Assembly (NCBI GenBank): GCA_965219415.1
Contig: CBDCNP010000002.1
Span: 1,344,001 to 1,408,000, forward strand
From: Candidatus Marinacidobacterales bacterium
GTDB taxonomy: Bacteria; Acidobacteriota; Vicinamibacteria; Marinacidobacterales; DATDRI01
DNA length: 64,000 nucleotides
Reading direction: 5' to 3'
Made by a program: the position numbers and the translations under genes. Position 1 is the first letter of the stretch; each line of letters starts with the position of its first letter. Under the pieces are notes generated by a model, which made no database searches, was not told the origin of the DNA, and saw only the letters and a program-made list of their open reading frames with translations. Positions 28,856 to 40,194 of the stretch are shown one piece after another.

Positions 28856-30638
28856 CGCTTCGACGCTGATAGTCGAAAAATAGCTACTCCGGAACGAAAA
28901 GCCGGGGCTGCTTTGCGGAAAGGTTCGATTGTCGAGAAGGACTGGAAAATCCTTGGGGCGCAGCACTTCTTCGGTTCGGTCGTAGAACACTTCGAACGAC
29001 GTTTGTCCTGCGAAATTGAGGTCGAGCCCCAAATCGAAGCCACGATCGAGAAGTGTCCCCCTCTTGATCCCAAGCGCCCTGAAGACCGAGCGATGGTCCC
29101 CAAGAGAGGAGCGTCTCGCCTTCGGGCCAGAAGGAGTATCGATTCCACGAGCGAACCTGACGTATGTCCCGGCGGTTGATGAAACCGGGGACGGACCGGA
29201 AGCTGTCGCTGACGTCGGTGTAGCCTAAATGAGCGGAAAGGCTGCGCCCGGAGCGATTCAGCTCCATTTCGTACGCGGGGCCAGCCACGTTGGTCCCGTC
29301 CGGTAACGTTGTGGTGCTGGTGACCGCCTGCCCCTTCCACGACCAGTTCGGGGCGAGCTTGAAACCCGCGTCCACACCGGCGACCTGGTTGGAGCTCTTC
29401 TCGAATTGCCAGCCGGTATAGATCGCGCCGACACTCCCTTGTTCGAAAACGTCCCGGTTCAAACGAAAGAGTCCGTAGTAGGCACGCTTCCCGAAAAGAG
29501 CGCTCTCCGGCAGGGCGCTCCTTCCCGGTGCCCGGTCGTCTGCTAGCAAGGCTCCTATTGCCCAGGGACCCGTCTTGCCAGTGAGCCGGGTACCGATCAG
29601 AGGGTCCGCGATGCGGCGGGTAAAAACCAAGTTGATGGGCGTCTCGAAAAAACTCGCGTTTTCAATGAAGAATGGACGTCTCTCGGGGAAGAAGACTTCG
29701 AAGCGTTCGTTGACGGTAATCTGTGGCTCGTCCGATTCCACCTGACTGAAATCCGGGTTGAGCGTTGCGTCGAGCACCATGCTGTCGCGGAACACGAACT
29801 TGGCATCGAGACCCACGTTCACGTCTCTCAAATCCTCCACGAAGTCGGGACCGTCCGGGAGATCGGGGTCCAAGGCACGAAAGGAACGCGAGGCTGCATA
29901 GGGGATGAGCTGGATGTTGCGTCCGGGCGATATATTCTCCAACTGAACGCGGCCGGTTTGGTTGAGGTAACCCTGCACGCGGTTTGTTGCCTGCGGCCAA
30001 AAAGACCAATCGGTCAAATGGGGAATCCAGCGCTCTAGCAGAAGCCCCCAGGTCTGCACGTCCTCGTCGGCAAAACGCAAACTCTTGAAGGGTATGGCGA
30101 ACCAGACGACGTAACCTCGGCCGGTGCGCTCACCATGCGAATACCAAAGCGTGTCGAACGATGCGTCCTCATCATCGAGGACTTCGCTGTAGAGAGCATC
30201 TCGTTGTATGCCAAAGGCATTGGCCACGAATACGAACGCTCGACGCTCATCATTGAAAGTGTCGATGTTGACGTAAACGAGATCATCGTCCCGCGAAATG
30301 GCCTCGCGCGCCGTCATCCGGGCGCGGACTTTTTCCGGCTCGTCGTCGAACGCCACAAACACAACATAGAGTTTCTCGTCGTCATAGCCTAGATAGACCT
30401 CGGTGAGCTGGCTCGAGGGCTCACCGTCATTGTTCTCCCTTTGAATGAAGCCGGACACCTTCGCCATCTGCCCTACGATTCGAGCGCTCGGCGTCATCTC
30501 GAAGAAGTCGTCGAGCGTGGGGGCGATTCGCACGCGCGGGATGGTGACATCCGGGCGGCGGATCAGGGGCTCGCTTTCGGCACGCAGCACGGCCGGAGCC
30601 ATCAGGAACAGCGCCCAAACCCACAGAACTCGCGACAT
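28855..30638 (-). pseudogene. CBM9-like/DUF5916 outer-membrane protein, paralog 1, truncated
   Basis: 'NPDFSQVESD...RFEVFFPERRPFFIE', 'FTRRI'; shift near 29060; C-terminus missing. Confidence 0.8.
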
Positions 30639-30749
30639 CGGTCTCCAGCCCAAAAAACAGGGATTTACCGGTTGAACCCGGAAGGAATTGTCTCTAAATT
30701 TAGGGAAAACTAATGATACCCTGTCGGGCCGTGGATGGCAAATTTCCCG

Positions 30750-33047
30750 TTAGAAACGGAAAAGATAGGAAAACTTGACAAAGATCTGCCACGCGTCGTT
30801 CCGGAAAGCACTGCGCGGGCGGATGAGACGGCGTCCGTTAGGGGTATCGATGAGGTCGATGTTTTGCGCGTTGCCGTTGTAGCCGACGTAGAGCGCCGTC
30901 CACGGGTTCACTAAATACGTTACCAAGGCGTCGAAATTGAAGTTCTTAACGGTCGGAAGCGACGTCAAACTCTCGTTACTCAACAGCGCGTCGTACTGAC
31001 CGATGAGACGCAGCGACAGCTCGCGGTTGAACTGCCAGTTCCACCTCATACGTAAGATGTGATTGTCGAAGATCCTCGCCCCGTTCGATGGCTCGGTGAG
31101 TCGCGTGAGGAGGTACGTGGTGTCGATCCGGTGCGCGTTGGCAGGCCGAATCGTAAACTGAGCTCCGTACCGGTCTGATCGGCCTCCGCGGGCTCCTCGC
31201 CGGCGGGTGGATTGAAGTTGATAGTGGTCCCTCCGGTGTACTCGAAGTTGACGGTCAGAGCCGGAATCAAGCTGCTTCTGAACTCGATGCTAGGGTCGCT
31301 CTGGGGAAAGATCCGGTTATCGATAAGCACCGGGAAATCCTTGGGGCGTAACGTCTCGTTCTTCCTGGTGAATTCCACCTCGACTCTCGTCTGTCCCACG
31401 AAATTCCAAACGAGACCGGGGTTGTAGATCTCGTCCAAGAGGACCCCGTTGTGATCCCACACGCCCTCCACGAAAAACGTGGGTCCCCAGGAAATGAGCG
31501 TTCTCTCCGGACGGAACAGATAACGAAACGAATAGCTGAGCTCGCGGATGTCGCGCCGGGCGACGAAACCGGGCACCGAGCGGAAATCCTCGCTGATGTC
31601 CGTATAGCCAAAGAACATCCTCAGTTGCCTTCCGGATCGCCGCAGTTGAACATCGTAGGCCGGCCCCGCTACGTTGAGCTCGCCTTGCTCCCCTTGTAGT
31701 GTCGTCGAGCTCGTTCACCGCCTGGCCGGCCAACGCCAGGTTTGGCGTGAGCAGGAAGCGGAAGTCGGCACCACCGACCCGGTTCGAGCTGCCATCGAGA
31801 CTCCAATCGGTATAGATCGCTCCCACCGACCCTTGTTCGAAAACGTCTCGACTGACCCGGAAAATACCGAACAGAGAGCCCTGACCGCGGAGCGGTGAGC
31901 CTGGGAGGGCGCGCTTTCCCGGAGCTTCGTCGTCGGCGACGAGGGCACCGATCGCCCAGGGCCCTACCTTCCCTGTCAACCGGGTGCCAAGAAGCGGATC
32001 GGCGATGCGACGAGTGAAGACGAGGTTGAGGGGTGTCTGGAAGAATTGAGCGTTCTCGATGAAGAACGGTCGCCGCTCGGGGAAGAAGACTTCGAAGCGT
32101 TCATTCACCGTGACTTGCGGCTCGTCGGATTCGACTTGACTGAAATCTGGATTCGCAGTGGCATCGAGTGTGAGGCTGTCCTGGATCACGAACTTCGCAT
32201 CCAGCCCCACGCTTATGTCCCGGAAGTCCTCGATAAAGTCCGGACCGTCCGGGAGCTCGGGGTCGAGAGCGCGGAACGAACGCGACGCCGCGTAAGGAAT
32301 GAGCTGAATGTTGCGCCCCGGGGAGATATTCTCCAACTTCATGAAGGCGGTTTGATTGAAGAAGCCTTCGATGCGACTCGAGGCTTGAGGCCAAAAGGAC
32401 CAATCGTTATTGCGCGGAATCCAGCGCTCGAGGAGGAGCCCCCACGTTTGCTGATCTTCGTTAGAGAAGCGAAGACTCCTGAAGGGTAGGGCGACCCAAA
32501 CGACGTACCCTTGAGCGGTACGCTCACCCCTTGAGTACCATAGCGTATCCCAAGACTCGTCCTCTCCCACGCCAGAAACAAAGAGCGAGTCGCGCTGGAT
32601 GCCATATGGGTTGCACTGGAAGACCATGCCGCGCCGCTCGTCGTTGAACGTATCCAGGTTGATCCATACGAGGTCATCGTCACGATCGATGCTTTCCCGC
32701 CGGCCCATGCGAGCTCGAACTCTCTCCGGCTCGTTATCGAACGCGACGAAGATGACGTAAAGATTATCGTCATCGTAGCCCCAGTAGACATCGGTGAGCT
32801 CCTTGGAGGGCTCGCCGTCGTTCGGCTCACGCTGGATGAATCCAGAGACCTTGGTCAGCTCGTCTACCAGATCCGAGCTGGGCTTCATGTCCAGGAAATC
32901 CTCGAGCGTGGGCTCCCTCGACACTCTATTGATGGTGACCGTCGGACGCCAGGGGACGAAGGCTTCCTGCGAGGAAAGTACGGAAGGAACAGCGAGTAAC
33001 CCTGCAGTGATGCAGAGAACGACTTTATGAGTGGTGCTCAGTTTCAT
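30750..33047 (-). pseudogene. CBM9-like/DUF5916 outer-membrane protein, paralog 2, several frameshifts
   Basis: Same motifs; beta-barrel C-terminus 'FVKFSYLFRF'; split over ORFs 31317-33047, 31046-31618, 30750-31049. Confidence 0.85.
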
Positions 33048-33166
33048 CCAGCGGCTTAGAAAGGGGGGGACTCAGACGATTGCTCTATCTCCCATTACCA
33101 CGCATACCCTCCTAAGGTCGCTGACGGAGTGATCCTATTGCGAAGAGAGGCGAGGCGCAAGTATTC

Positions 33167-33553
33167 CTATTTGACGGGAACAGCCAAGGTGTCGTGGTGC
33201 TCGGCCATCAGGCTACGGAGATACGCGCCGATCCGATCCGCGCCCTCGAAACCGGCGGCCTTCGCCGCCGCCTCTTGGTCCTCCGCTGACAAATCTGCAC
33301 TCTCGGCATAGTAGAACTTGGTAAAGCTTTCGACGGGATACACGAGGAGCAGATCCCATTGATCGCCCTGGCTGTGCCGCATCCAAAACGGACGCTCGTC
33401 GGGGGGGATGGCCGGCATCGTCTCCTTGAAGAGATCGATGAGCTCGGTTAGCCCACCCGGAGCCGCGCGGACCATCATGATCCGATAAAGGTAGGCCGCC
33501 TCCGCCAAAGAGGCGATGAAAACCAAGACAAGAGTCAGAACTACACTACGCAT
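33167..33553 (-). CDS. Secreted hypothetical protein, possibly internally deleted
   Basis: RBS GGAGG, signal peptide, 'RAAPG', 'MRHSQGDQWDL', 'HHDTLA'. Confidence 0.6.
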   Translation of the reverse strand: MRSVVLTLVLVFIASLAEAAYLYRIMMVRAAPGGLTELIDLFKETMPAIPPDERPFWMRHSQGDQWDLLLVYPVESFTKFYYAESADLSAEDQEAAAKAAGFEGADRIGAYLRSLMAEHHDTLAVPVK

Positions 33554-33647
33554 ACTCGATCCTCCGCGGCGGACTATATCAGGTGACCCACAGCAAGGGA
33601 ACAATTGTCCGAGGAATTACGTATTATTAAATGAGGAGGTAAAACTG

Positions 33648-33848
33648 TTGAAGTTTCTGCTTTGGCTCATTCTCTTCGTGCTTTGCTGGCCACTGGCTCT
33701 GCTGGCTCTTATTGCCTATCCCTTCGTTTGGCTGCTGCTACTGCCGTTCCGACTAGTCGGCATCACGGTGGACGCGGTTTTCGATCTTCTGAAGGCTCTT
33801 CTTCACTTGCCCGCTCGTCTACTCGGAGGACCCCCCGTACGCGCGTAA
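33648..33848 (+). CDS. Small hydrophobic membrane protein
   Basis: RBS GAGGAGG; 'LCWPLALLAL..YP..WLLLLPFRLVGI'. Confidence 0.75.
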   Translation: MKFLLWLILFVLCWPLALLALIAYPFVWLLLLPFRLVGITVDAVFDLLKALLHLPARLLGGPPVRA

Positions 33849-33865
33849 GGTAAAATGCCGATTCG

Positions 33866-35224
33866 ATGGATCGGCGAAGCACGCTCCTAACTCTCGCTTT
33901 TCTTGTCGCCGCGGTCGGCTGTACGGATCGGCCTCGGCTTCCCAACGTCATCCTCATCTCTCTGGACACGGTGCGAGCCGACCACCTCAGCGTTTACGGC
34001 TACCACCGCCCCACCACTCTCAATTTGGCTCGACTCGCCCAAGAGGGTGTGGTCTTCGAGCAGGCCTTTACGCCGACTCCGTGGACGGTACCCGCCCACA
34101 TGAGCCTCTTCACCTCTCTTTATCCGTCGGTCCATTTGATCACCCACCTCACACCGCAAAGCGACATGAGCAAGATGCTCTCCGAGATGCTCAAGGACGC
34201 CGGTTATCAGACGGCGGCGTTCGTGGCTCCGGTCCTCAGCGAAGACTACGGGTTCTCCAAGGGCTTCGACCATTACTTCCGAGCTGAACGTGTGCGGCCA
34301 GCTGACATCATGGTGGATCGTGCGCTCGAATGGCTGGCTCAGAATCCGAGTAAGCCGGTCATTCGCACACAGCCTTTTTTCTTGTTCCTACATTTGTTCG
34401 ACGCTCATCATCCCTACCAACCCCCCTGGCCCTTCGACACCGCCTACGCTCCCGCCTATCGATCGAATATCCGAGAGATCAGCCGCTCCCATCCCTACGA
34501 ACAGGATAAAGACCTATCCGCGGAAGAGCTCACCGAGGTGGTCGCTCTCTACGACGGCGAGATCGCCTATGCCGATTTCGCCATTGGCCGGTTCCTCGAT
34601 GAGCTCGAGGTGTTGGGCCTCTACCACTCGTCGCTCATTGTCGTGTTGGGCGACCACGGAGAAGGATTCTTGGAACATGGACTGATGAACCATGGGAACT
34701 CTGTCTACGACGAGTTGATTCGCATCCCCCTCATGGTCCGATTCCCGGGAGCGCGCCATGCGGGCGAGAGAATCGGAGAGCCGGTTCAGCTCATCGACGT
34801 GACCCCAACGATCCTCGAGGAAGTCGGAATGATGCCGCAGCCCTCAATGCAAGGCGCGTTGTTACTGGACCCGCTTCCGGCGACCGGCTCTCGGCACTTC
34901 GCCTATGCCTCGGAAGCGTTTGCGGCTTGCCTGCGTACGAGCTCTTGGAAACTCATCGAGAACCCTCCTAGCCGGTTCGAGAAGATTCCCAGGGCAAAGC
35001 GGGTGAAGTACGAGCTCTATGATTTGGAAGAAGATCCGACGGAGCAGAACAACCTGGCGGCGGCGCTTCCCGATCGCGTCGGGTCGATGGCTCGCAAGCT
35101 ACACGCTCTCGATCAAGAGAATCGAGAACTACGGAAACGCATCCGAGAAACCCTCGACGTGAAGGAGCTCGAGCTTACGGAACAACAAGAAAGAGAGCTT
35201 CGGTCGCTCGGTTACATCCAATAG
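33866..35224 (+). CDS. Sulfatase-family lipoprotein (Thr-type motif)
   Basis: 'PNVILISLDTVRADH', 'PWTVPAHMSLFT', 'YDGEI', 'GDHGE', 'LRSLGYI'. Confidence 0.9.
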   Translation: MDRRSTLLTLAFLVAAVGCTDRPRLPNVILISLDTVRADHLSVYGYHRPTTLNLARLAQEGVVFEQAFTPTPWTVPAHMSLFTSLYPSVHLITHLTPQSDMSKMLSEMLKDAGYQTAAFVAPVLSEDYGFSKGFDHYFRAERVRPADIMVDRALEWLAQNPSKPVIRTQPFFLFLHLFDAHHPYQPPWPFDTAYAPAYRSNIREISRSHPYEQDKDLSAEELTEVVALYDGEIAYADFAIGRFLDELEVLGLYHSSLIVVLGDHGEGFLEHGLMNHGNSVYDELIRIPLMVRFPGARHAGERIGEPVQLIDVTPTILEEVGMMPQPSMQGALLLDPLPATGSRHFAYASEAFAACLRTSSWKLIENPPSRFEKIPRAKRVKYELYDLEEDPTEQNNLAAALPDRVGSMARKLHALDQENRELRKRIRETLDVKELELTEQQERELRSLGYIQ

Positions 35225-35232
35225 CCGATCGA

Positions 35233-35790
35233 TCACATCCCCGGCTCGATCTCGGTCACGATCCACTCGGCGGGTGGCCGAGTCCCGGTTTGCGGATTCT
35301 CGAGAGAATATTTCTTCATCGTCAAGGAGAACGTTCTTTCGTCACTTTGCTTCGATTGGACATTCACCTCGACCTCTACCACTTCAACCCTTCCTTCGAG
35401 CGCATCGATCGGCGACCACGTGCGAAGCGACTTGCGGGCCGCTTCTCGTTGCTCCTCGAGCTCACGTCGAAGCCGGTCGATGCGAAACTGGATACGTAGC
35501 CGTTCTGCTTCGTTGTTCTCGGCCAACGCGGCATTTCTGGCCGCTCGAGCCTGATTTAACTTTCGTTGAATCTCCTCGCGGTCGAAGGGCTCCTCGCGTG
35601 GCGTCGTCGTGCGAGTGATACGCCACGAGGCAACCTCGAACGGAAGAGGGACGATCGATATCTTGGCAAGGGTCACCAAGTCTCGATTCTTGGTGGCGCT
35701 GACAAACTCGTTGGCTACGTCCTGCTGCGATCTGCCACATGCCAAAACCATCAACACAATGCCCGCGACGACCGGCCAGGGTCCGCGCAT
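35233..35790 (-). CDS. Hypothetical lipoprotein with coiled coil
   Basis: Lipobox VLAC; charged helical segment. Confidence 0.7.
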   Translation of the reverse strand: MRGPWPVVAGIVLMVLACGRSQQDVANEFVSATKNRDLVTLAKISIVPLPFEVASWRITRTTTPREEPFDREEIQRKLNQARAARNAALAENNEAERLRIQFRIDRLRRELEEQREAARKSLRTWSPIDALEGRVEVVEVEVNVQSKQSDERTFSLTMKKYSLENPQTGTRPPAEWIVTEIEPGM

Positions 35791-35810
35791 CGGTTGCAAC
35801 ACTCGCAACT

Positions 35811-38360
35811 CTACCCGGCGCGAAGAACCGCGAGAGGCTTCTTCCGGAGGATGTCCATCGTGGTGACGATCCCGACGAGGCTGACTCCCAGCGCGGTGAG
35901 CGGTATTCCGGCAAGGCTCAGCCAGAAATTGGGTTGCCAAGGGATTTCAAACAAGTAGCGACACAAGACCCACGTCAGTAAAGGTGCGCCTAGGCCGCCG
36001 ACCGCCCCGGCCAAGGCACCGAGCGTTCCGTACTCGAGGAGGACCATCGTCCTTATGGTTTTTCCACTCGCTCCGAGCGTCCGCAGTATCGATGACTCGT
36101 ACTGGCGTTGAAACTTCGTCATGGCCACCGATCCAACGAGGATCATGGCTCCGCTGAGGAGTGCGATCGCGCCTACCAGCGTGATGGCGAGCGCGAGTTT
36201 CTCGACGAGACCATGGAGAATCAGCAAGATGTCTCGGAGATCGACGACCGATACATTTTGGAACTCAGAAATCACGTCACGCTGCATCCGTGCACGCGCC
36301 ATCGTATCGAGTGGGGCCTTCACGAACCCGAGGAACGTGTGAGGCGCATTGGCAAGTGCGCCCGGTCTAAAAACGAACATGAAGCCGCCGTTGCGCGCAT
36401 CGTTCCAATCGACTTCACGAATGCTGGTCACGCGGGCACTCACCGCCCGACCCAGTATGTCGAAACGCATCGTGTCGCCGACCTGAATTCCGAAATCTTC
36501 CTGTAGGCCCGGCTCGACCGACACTTCGGCTTCGGTGGAAGGCGTGGCATCCCAAAAGCGGCCTTCCACTACCTGTTCGTTGGGATCCAAGTGATCCCGA
36601 TAGGTGACGGTAAACTCACGCCCCAACCAACGGTGCTCGCGAACCTCCTCGTACCCCTCCAGGTTGAGCTCGGCACCCTGGACTGCGGTCACTCGAGCCC
36701 GCAGAACCGGCACCATCCGGACCTCGCGTGCACCGAGAGACATCAGCAGTTTCTCCGCCGGCTCGGCCTGATCCGGTTGAACGTCTATCAGGAACATGTC
36801 CGGCGCATCGTCTCGAAGCTCCAACGTGAATTGTTCGAGGAGATTCGTTTCCGTACCCCGCGTGCCGAGGATGAAGAACGTACCGAGCCCGACCGCGAGC
36901 AATACCATGCGCGTTTGGTTCCCCGGTCGACTCAGACTTAGGACCGCATGACGTAAAGGAAACCAGCCCCTCCGCCCCAGGGGCCTCACCAGCCCGACAA
37001 GCAGGCTGCCAGTGAGATGGAGAACGAGGGCCACCGCGGCGAACCCGATGGTCACGAAAAGCCCCACCCGAAGCGATCCAGCCTGCCAGCTAGCGAGCGC
37101 AAGGAGAGCGAGCAGCACGATTGCGGCAGCCCCTAGCTCCCAGCGATCGACCGCCTGCCATCGGCTCTTCCCCTGGATAACCGAGCGGTCCACTTCTTGC
37201 CGAAGAAGGAGAAGCGGCTTGATGTGTCTCGACTCCATCAGCGGAATCAGCGAGAACAGGACCGAGACAAGAATACCGATGCCGATCCCCTGGAGCATGG
37301 CCGAGCCGGTGAGGCCATAGTCGTCCATCCTGAGCCCCGCCACCACGCCAGGCGGAACCGCCTCCACCCCAAAGTGAGCAATGACCAGCCCGAGAACGCT
37401 GCCGCCTAACCCGAGGAACAATACCTGGAGTAGATAGATGCCGAAGATCTGTTTGGTGCTTGCCCCAACGCACTTGAGGATGGCGATGCTTCTGAGCCTC
37501 CTCCGCATGAAGACGCCCACCACGCTCCAGATCCCGATCCCTCCGAGGATTACGATCACGAAACCCACCAGGCTCAGATAGTTCTCCGCTCGTTCCAAGC
37601 GGCGTCCTATCCGATCACCGTTCTCTCGATAGGAACGCACCCACGCGTACTCACTTGCTATCGCCTGCTCCAGGGTCTCGACCAAGGGCTCGATGCTCGC
37701 CTCGTAAGTACGAAGGAGAATCTGGTAACGCACTCGCCCTCCGACACCGAAGAGCTCCGACTTCGTGAAGTCGTCGTAGTCGACAAGCACCCGCGGCCCG
37801 AATCTGAAAACGCCCAATCGCTGCCCCGGCTCCTTGGCGATCACGTCACGAACGGTGTACCTCTGGCCACCGATGGTCATCCCGTCGCCCACATCTATAC
37901 CGAGCCGCGTCAATAGCTCGGGGCGCACCACCGCGCCCCGCTCTCTAAACAGCTCGTGAGAGTAAGGCCGACCGCTTTCGAGCAGAAGCTCACCGTAAAG
38001 TGGGAACTCAGACTGAAGAGCCCGCAGCTCGATCATGGTGGCCACGGCATTTTCATCGTTTACCGGGCGGGCCATCGTCGCCGTCTCGATGGCTTCGGTC
38101 CGCCCAAGGATGGTGTAGTCCGAAAGCCGTTCGTCAATGAGCGCCCGAGTGTCGTTCGCCCAAGGTTGGCTGCTTTGAACGATGACGGCGGCGGCGGTGA
38201 GCGTTTTCGCCTCTTTCACCAGCGTGGCGCGGATGTTTTGGATGACAGACCGAAGGGCGACGATGGCGGCCACACCGATAGCCACGCAGATGAAGAAGAA
38301 GAGCAAACGCCTCCAGGAGGCACGCATCTCACGAGCCGCCATGCGAAGTACGAACTTCAC
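35811..38360 (-). CDS. ybbP: YbbP-like ABC permease
   Basis: Double FtsX architecture; 'APDMFLIDVQPDQ', 'VDW...FMFVF'. Confidence 0.85.
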   Translation of the reverse strand: MKFVLRMAAREMRASWRRLLFFFICVAIGVAAIVALRSVIQNIRATLVKEAKTLTAAAVIVQSSQPWANDTRALIDERLSDYTILGRTEAIETATMARPVNDENAVATMIELRALQSEFPLYGELLLESGRPYSHELFRERGAVVRPELLTRLGIDVGDGMTIGGQRYTVRDVIAKEPGQRLGVFRFGPRVLVDYDDFTKSELFGVGGRVRYQILLRTYEASIEPLVETLEQAIASEYAWVRSYRENGDRIGRRLERAENYLSLVGFVIVILGGIGIWSVVGVFMRRRLRSIAILKCVGASTKQIFGIYLLQVLFLGLGGSVLGLVIAHFGVEAVPPGVVAGLRMDDYGLTGSAMLQGIGIGILVSVLFSLIPLMESRHIKPLLLLRQEVDRSVIQGKSRWQAVDRWELGAAAIVLLALLALASWQAGSLRVGLFVTIGFAAVALVLHLTGSLLVGLVRPLGRRGWFPLRHAVLSLSRPGNQTRMVLLAVGLGTFFILGTRGTETNLLEQFTLELRDDAPDMFLIDVQPDQAEPAEKLLMSLGAREVRMVPVLRARVTAVQGAELNLEGYEEVREHRWLGREFTVTYRDHLDPNEQVVEGRFWDATPSTEAEVSVEPGLQEDFGIQVGDTMRFDILGRAVSARVTSIREVDWNDARNGGFMFVFRPGALANAPHTFLGFVKAPLDTMARARMQRDVISEFQNVSVVDLRDILLILHGLVEKLALAITLVGAIALLSGAMILVGSVAMTKFQRQYESSILRTLGASGKTIRTMVLLEYGTLGALAGAVGGLGAPLLTWVLCRYLFEIPWQPNFWLSLAGIPLTALGVSLVGIVTTMDILRKKPLAVLRAG

Positions 38361-39058
38361 GGCGAGTTGCTCGTGGTAACGCTTTTCGAAAGCTCCCGAC
38401 GGTTTTCCGCTCGGCCGCCCCGCAGCGTCAAGATCACGTCGCCTTGATCGGCGAGCTCGGCGTCATGTGTGGCGAGGACAATAGTAGTCTTACGTGACCG
38501 GTGCACTCCCACCAGTAGATCGATGATGTGGCGCCCGTTGGCACTGTCCAAGTTCCCGGTCGGCTCATCGGCCAGGAGTATGGGTGGATCGTTCGCCAGT
38601 GCGCGGGCGATCGCCACCCGCTGCTGCTCACCACCAGACAACTGGGCGGGGTAATGATGCCCGCGGTCGGAGAGGCCCACCTCATCCAAAAGCTGGTGGG
38701 CTTTCTCCGCCGGGCTCGCAGCTTCGGCCAACTCCATGGGCACCAGCACGTTCTCGTAAGCAGTCAGCGATGGAATGAGATGAAAGAACTGAAAAACGAA
38801 TCCGATTTTGTCGCCGCGAAGACGGGCCAAACGATCTTCGTCCAACGCGGTGATGTCCTCTCCATCGATGAGGACATCGCCCGCAGTTGGGGAATCCAAT
38901 CCGGCGATGAGCCCCAACAGCGTCGATTTTCCGCTGCCCGAGGGGCCAACCACCGACAGAAATTGCCCTGAAGGCACATGAAGATCGAGCGTGTGAAGTA
39001 TGGTGAGCTGTTCGGAGCCGCTGGCGACGGTCTTGGAAACGCTTTTGAGCTCGATCAT
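38357..39058 (-). CDS. ybbA: YbbA-like ABC ATPase
   Basis: [25 protein letters not shown]. Confidence 0.88.
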   Translation of the reverse strand: MIELKSVSKTVASGSEQLTILHTLDLHVPSGQFLSVVGPSGSGKSTLLGLIAGLDSPTAGDVLIDGEDITALDEDRLARLRGDKIGFVFQFFHLIPSLTAYENVLVPMELAEAASPAEKAHQLLDEVGLSDRGHHYPAQLSGGEQQRVAIARALANDPPILLADEPTGNLDSANGRHIIDLLVGVHRSRKTTIVLATHDAELADQGDVILTLRGGRAENRRELSKSVTTSNSP

Positions 39059-39756
39059 GGATGGGCAAGGGTCGCCAACATCGGCTCGAGGATCGTCCAA
39101 ACGTTATCGGCAATCACGCGCGCGCCTTTCGAATTGGGATGGATACCGTCGGGCTGGTTCAAGGTGCGGTGGCCGGCGATATCCTGCAGTAGGAACGAAA
39201 GGACAGCAACGTCGTACTCCTCTTCCAACTCACTAAACACTTGCCGAAATTCAGCGGTATAAGACGTACCCAAGTTAGGAGGGGCTTCCATACCCGCCAG
39301 AAGCACCGCAACCCCGCGCGACTGGGCGCGCTCGATCATGGTGGCTAAATTTCGCTTCATCTCCGCCACCGGTAGGCCTCGAAGTCCATCGTTACCACCC
39401 AAAGCGATTATCAAAACGCGGACGTCTCCTTCTAGGACCCAATCGAGTCGTCGAAGACCACCCGCCGTTGTATCCCCGGAGACGCCAGCGTTGACGACTT
39501 CGAACGGGTAACCCCGTTCGTCCAGTCGCTCTTGCAGAACTGCTGGATAGGCCTCGTCTAGGTGCAAACCGAAACCAGCGGTCAGGCTGTCGCCCAAGGC
39601 GACGATTTTCGGCCCACTCGGGACCACGGTGACTTCTGATGGCAGGGTTTCTGTTTGCCCCGGCTTTGGCTTGCCAGTTTTACATCCTGGACCCGTCGTC
39701 GACCAGAGGCCGATAGAGAGGATAGCAACGACCAACCGCAGAGACGCCGGCAACAT
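39055..39756 (-). CDS. tesA: TesA-like arylesterase (SGNH/GDSL)
   Basis: 'GDSLTAG', 'NAGVSGDTT', 'LGGNDGLRG', 'DGIHP'. Confidence 0.9.
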   Translation of the reverse strand: MLPASLRLVVAILSIGLWSTTGPGCKTGKPKPGQTETLPSEVTVVPSGPKIVALGDSLTAGFGLHLDEAYPAVLQERLDERGYPFEVVNAGVSGDTTAGGLRRLDWVLEGDVRVLIIALGGNDGLRGLPVAEMKRNLATMIERAQSRGVAVLLAGMEAPPNLGTSYTAEFRQVFSELEEEYDVAVLSFLLQDIAGHRTLNQPDGIHPNSKGARVIADNVWTILEPMLATLAHP

Positions 39757-39877
39757 GCGCCCAGCTTAGCACAGCGGTATGCTACACTGAGGTCAATCGG
39801 GATCTCTGTAAAGACTAACCCGCAAAGACTTCAAGGCAGGAGTCCATTCTTTCAAAAACTGACAAAGGAGGTACACC

Positions 39878-40192
39878 GTGATCTTGAGTAACACGGAAAC
39901 CATCCCCGGCAAGACGATCCGCGAGTTCTACGGAGTCGTAACCGGAAGCACGGTTCGAGCGAAGCACGTGGGGCGGGACATCATGGCCGGCCTCAAGAAT
40001 ATCGTCGGTGGAGAGCTCACCGGCTACACCGAGCTCCTCAACGAGGCTCGCACGGAAGCGTTGGAGCGAATGAAACAGCAGGCGCAGTCAGTGGGCGCCA
40101 ACGCCGTCGTGAACGTACGCTTTTCCACAAGCTCCGTTGCCCAGGGGGCCGCTGAGCTCTTCGCCTATGGAACCGCCGTCAAGGTGGAGTAA
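39878..40192 (+). CDS. YbjQ/UPF0145 family protein
   Basis: 'GRDIMAGLKNIVGGEL', 'GANAVV', 'AYGTAV'. Confidence 0.92.
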   Translation: MILSNTETIPGKTIREFYGVVTGSTVRAKHVGRDIMAGLKNIVGGELTGYTELLNEARTEALERMKQQAQSVGANAVVNVRFSTSSVAQGAAELFAYGTAVKVE

Positions 40193-40194
40193 CC

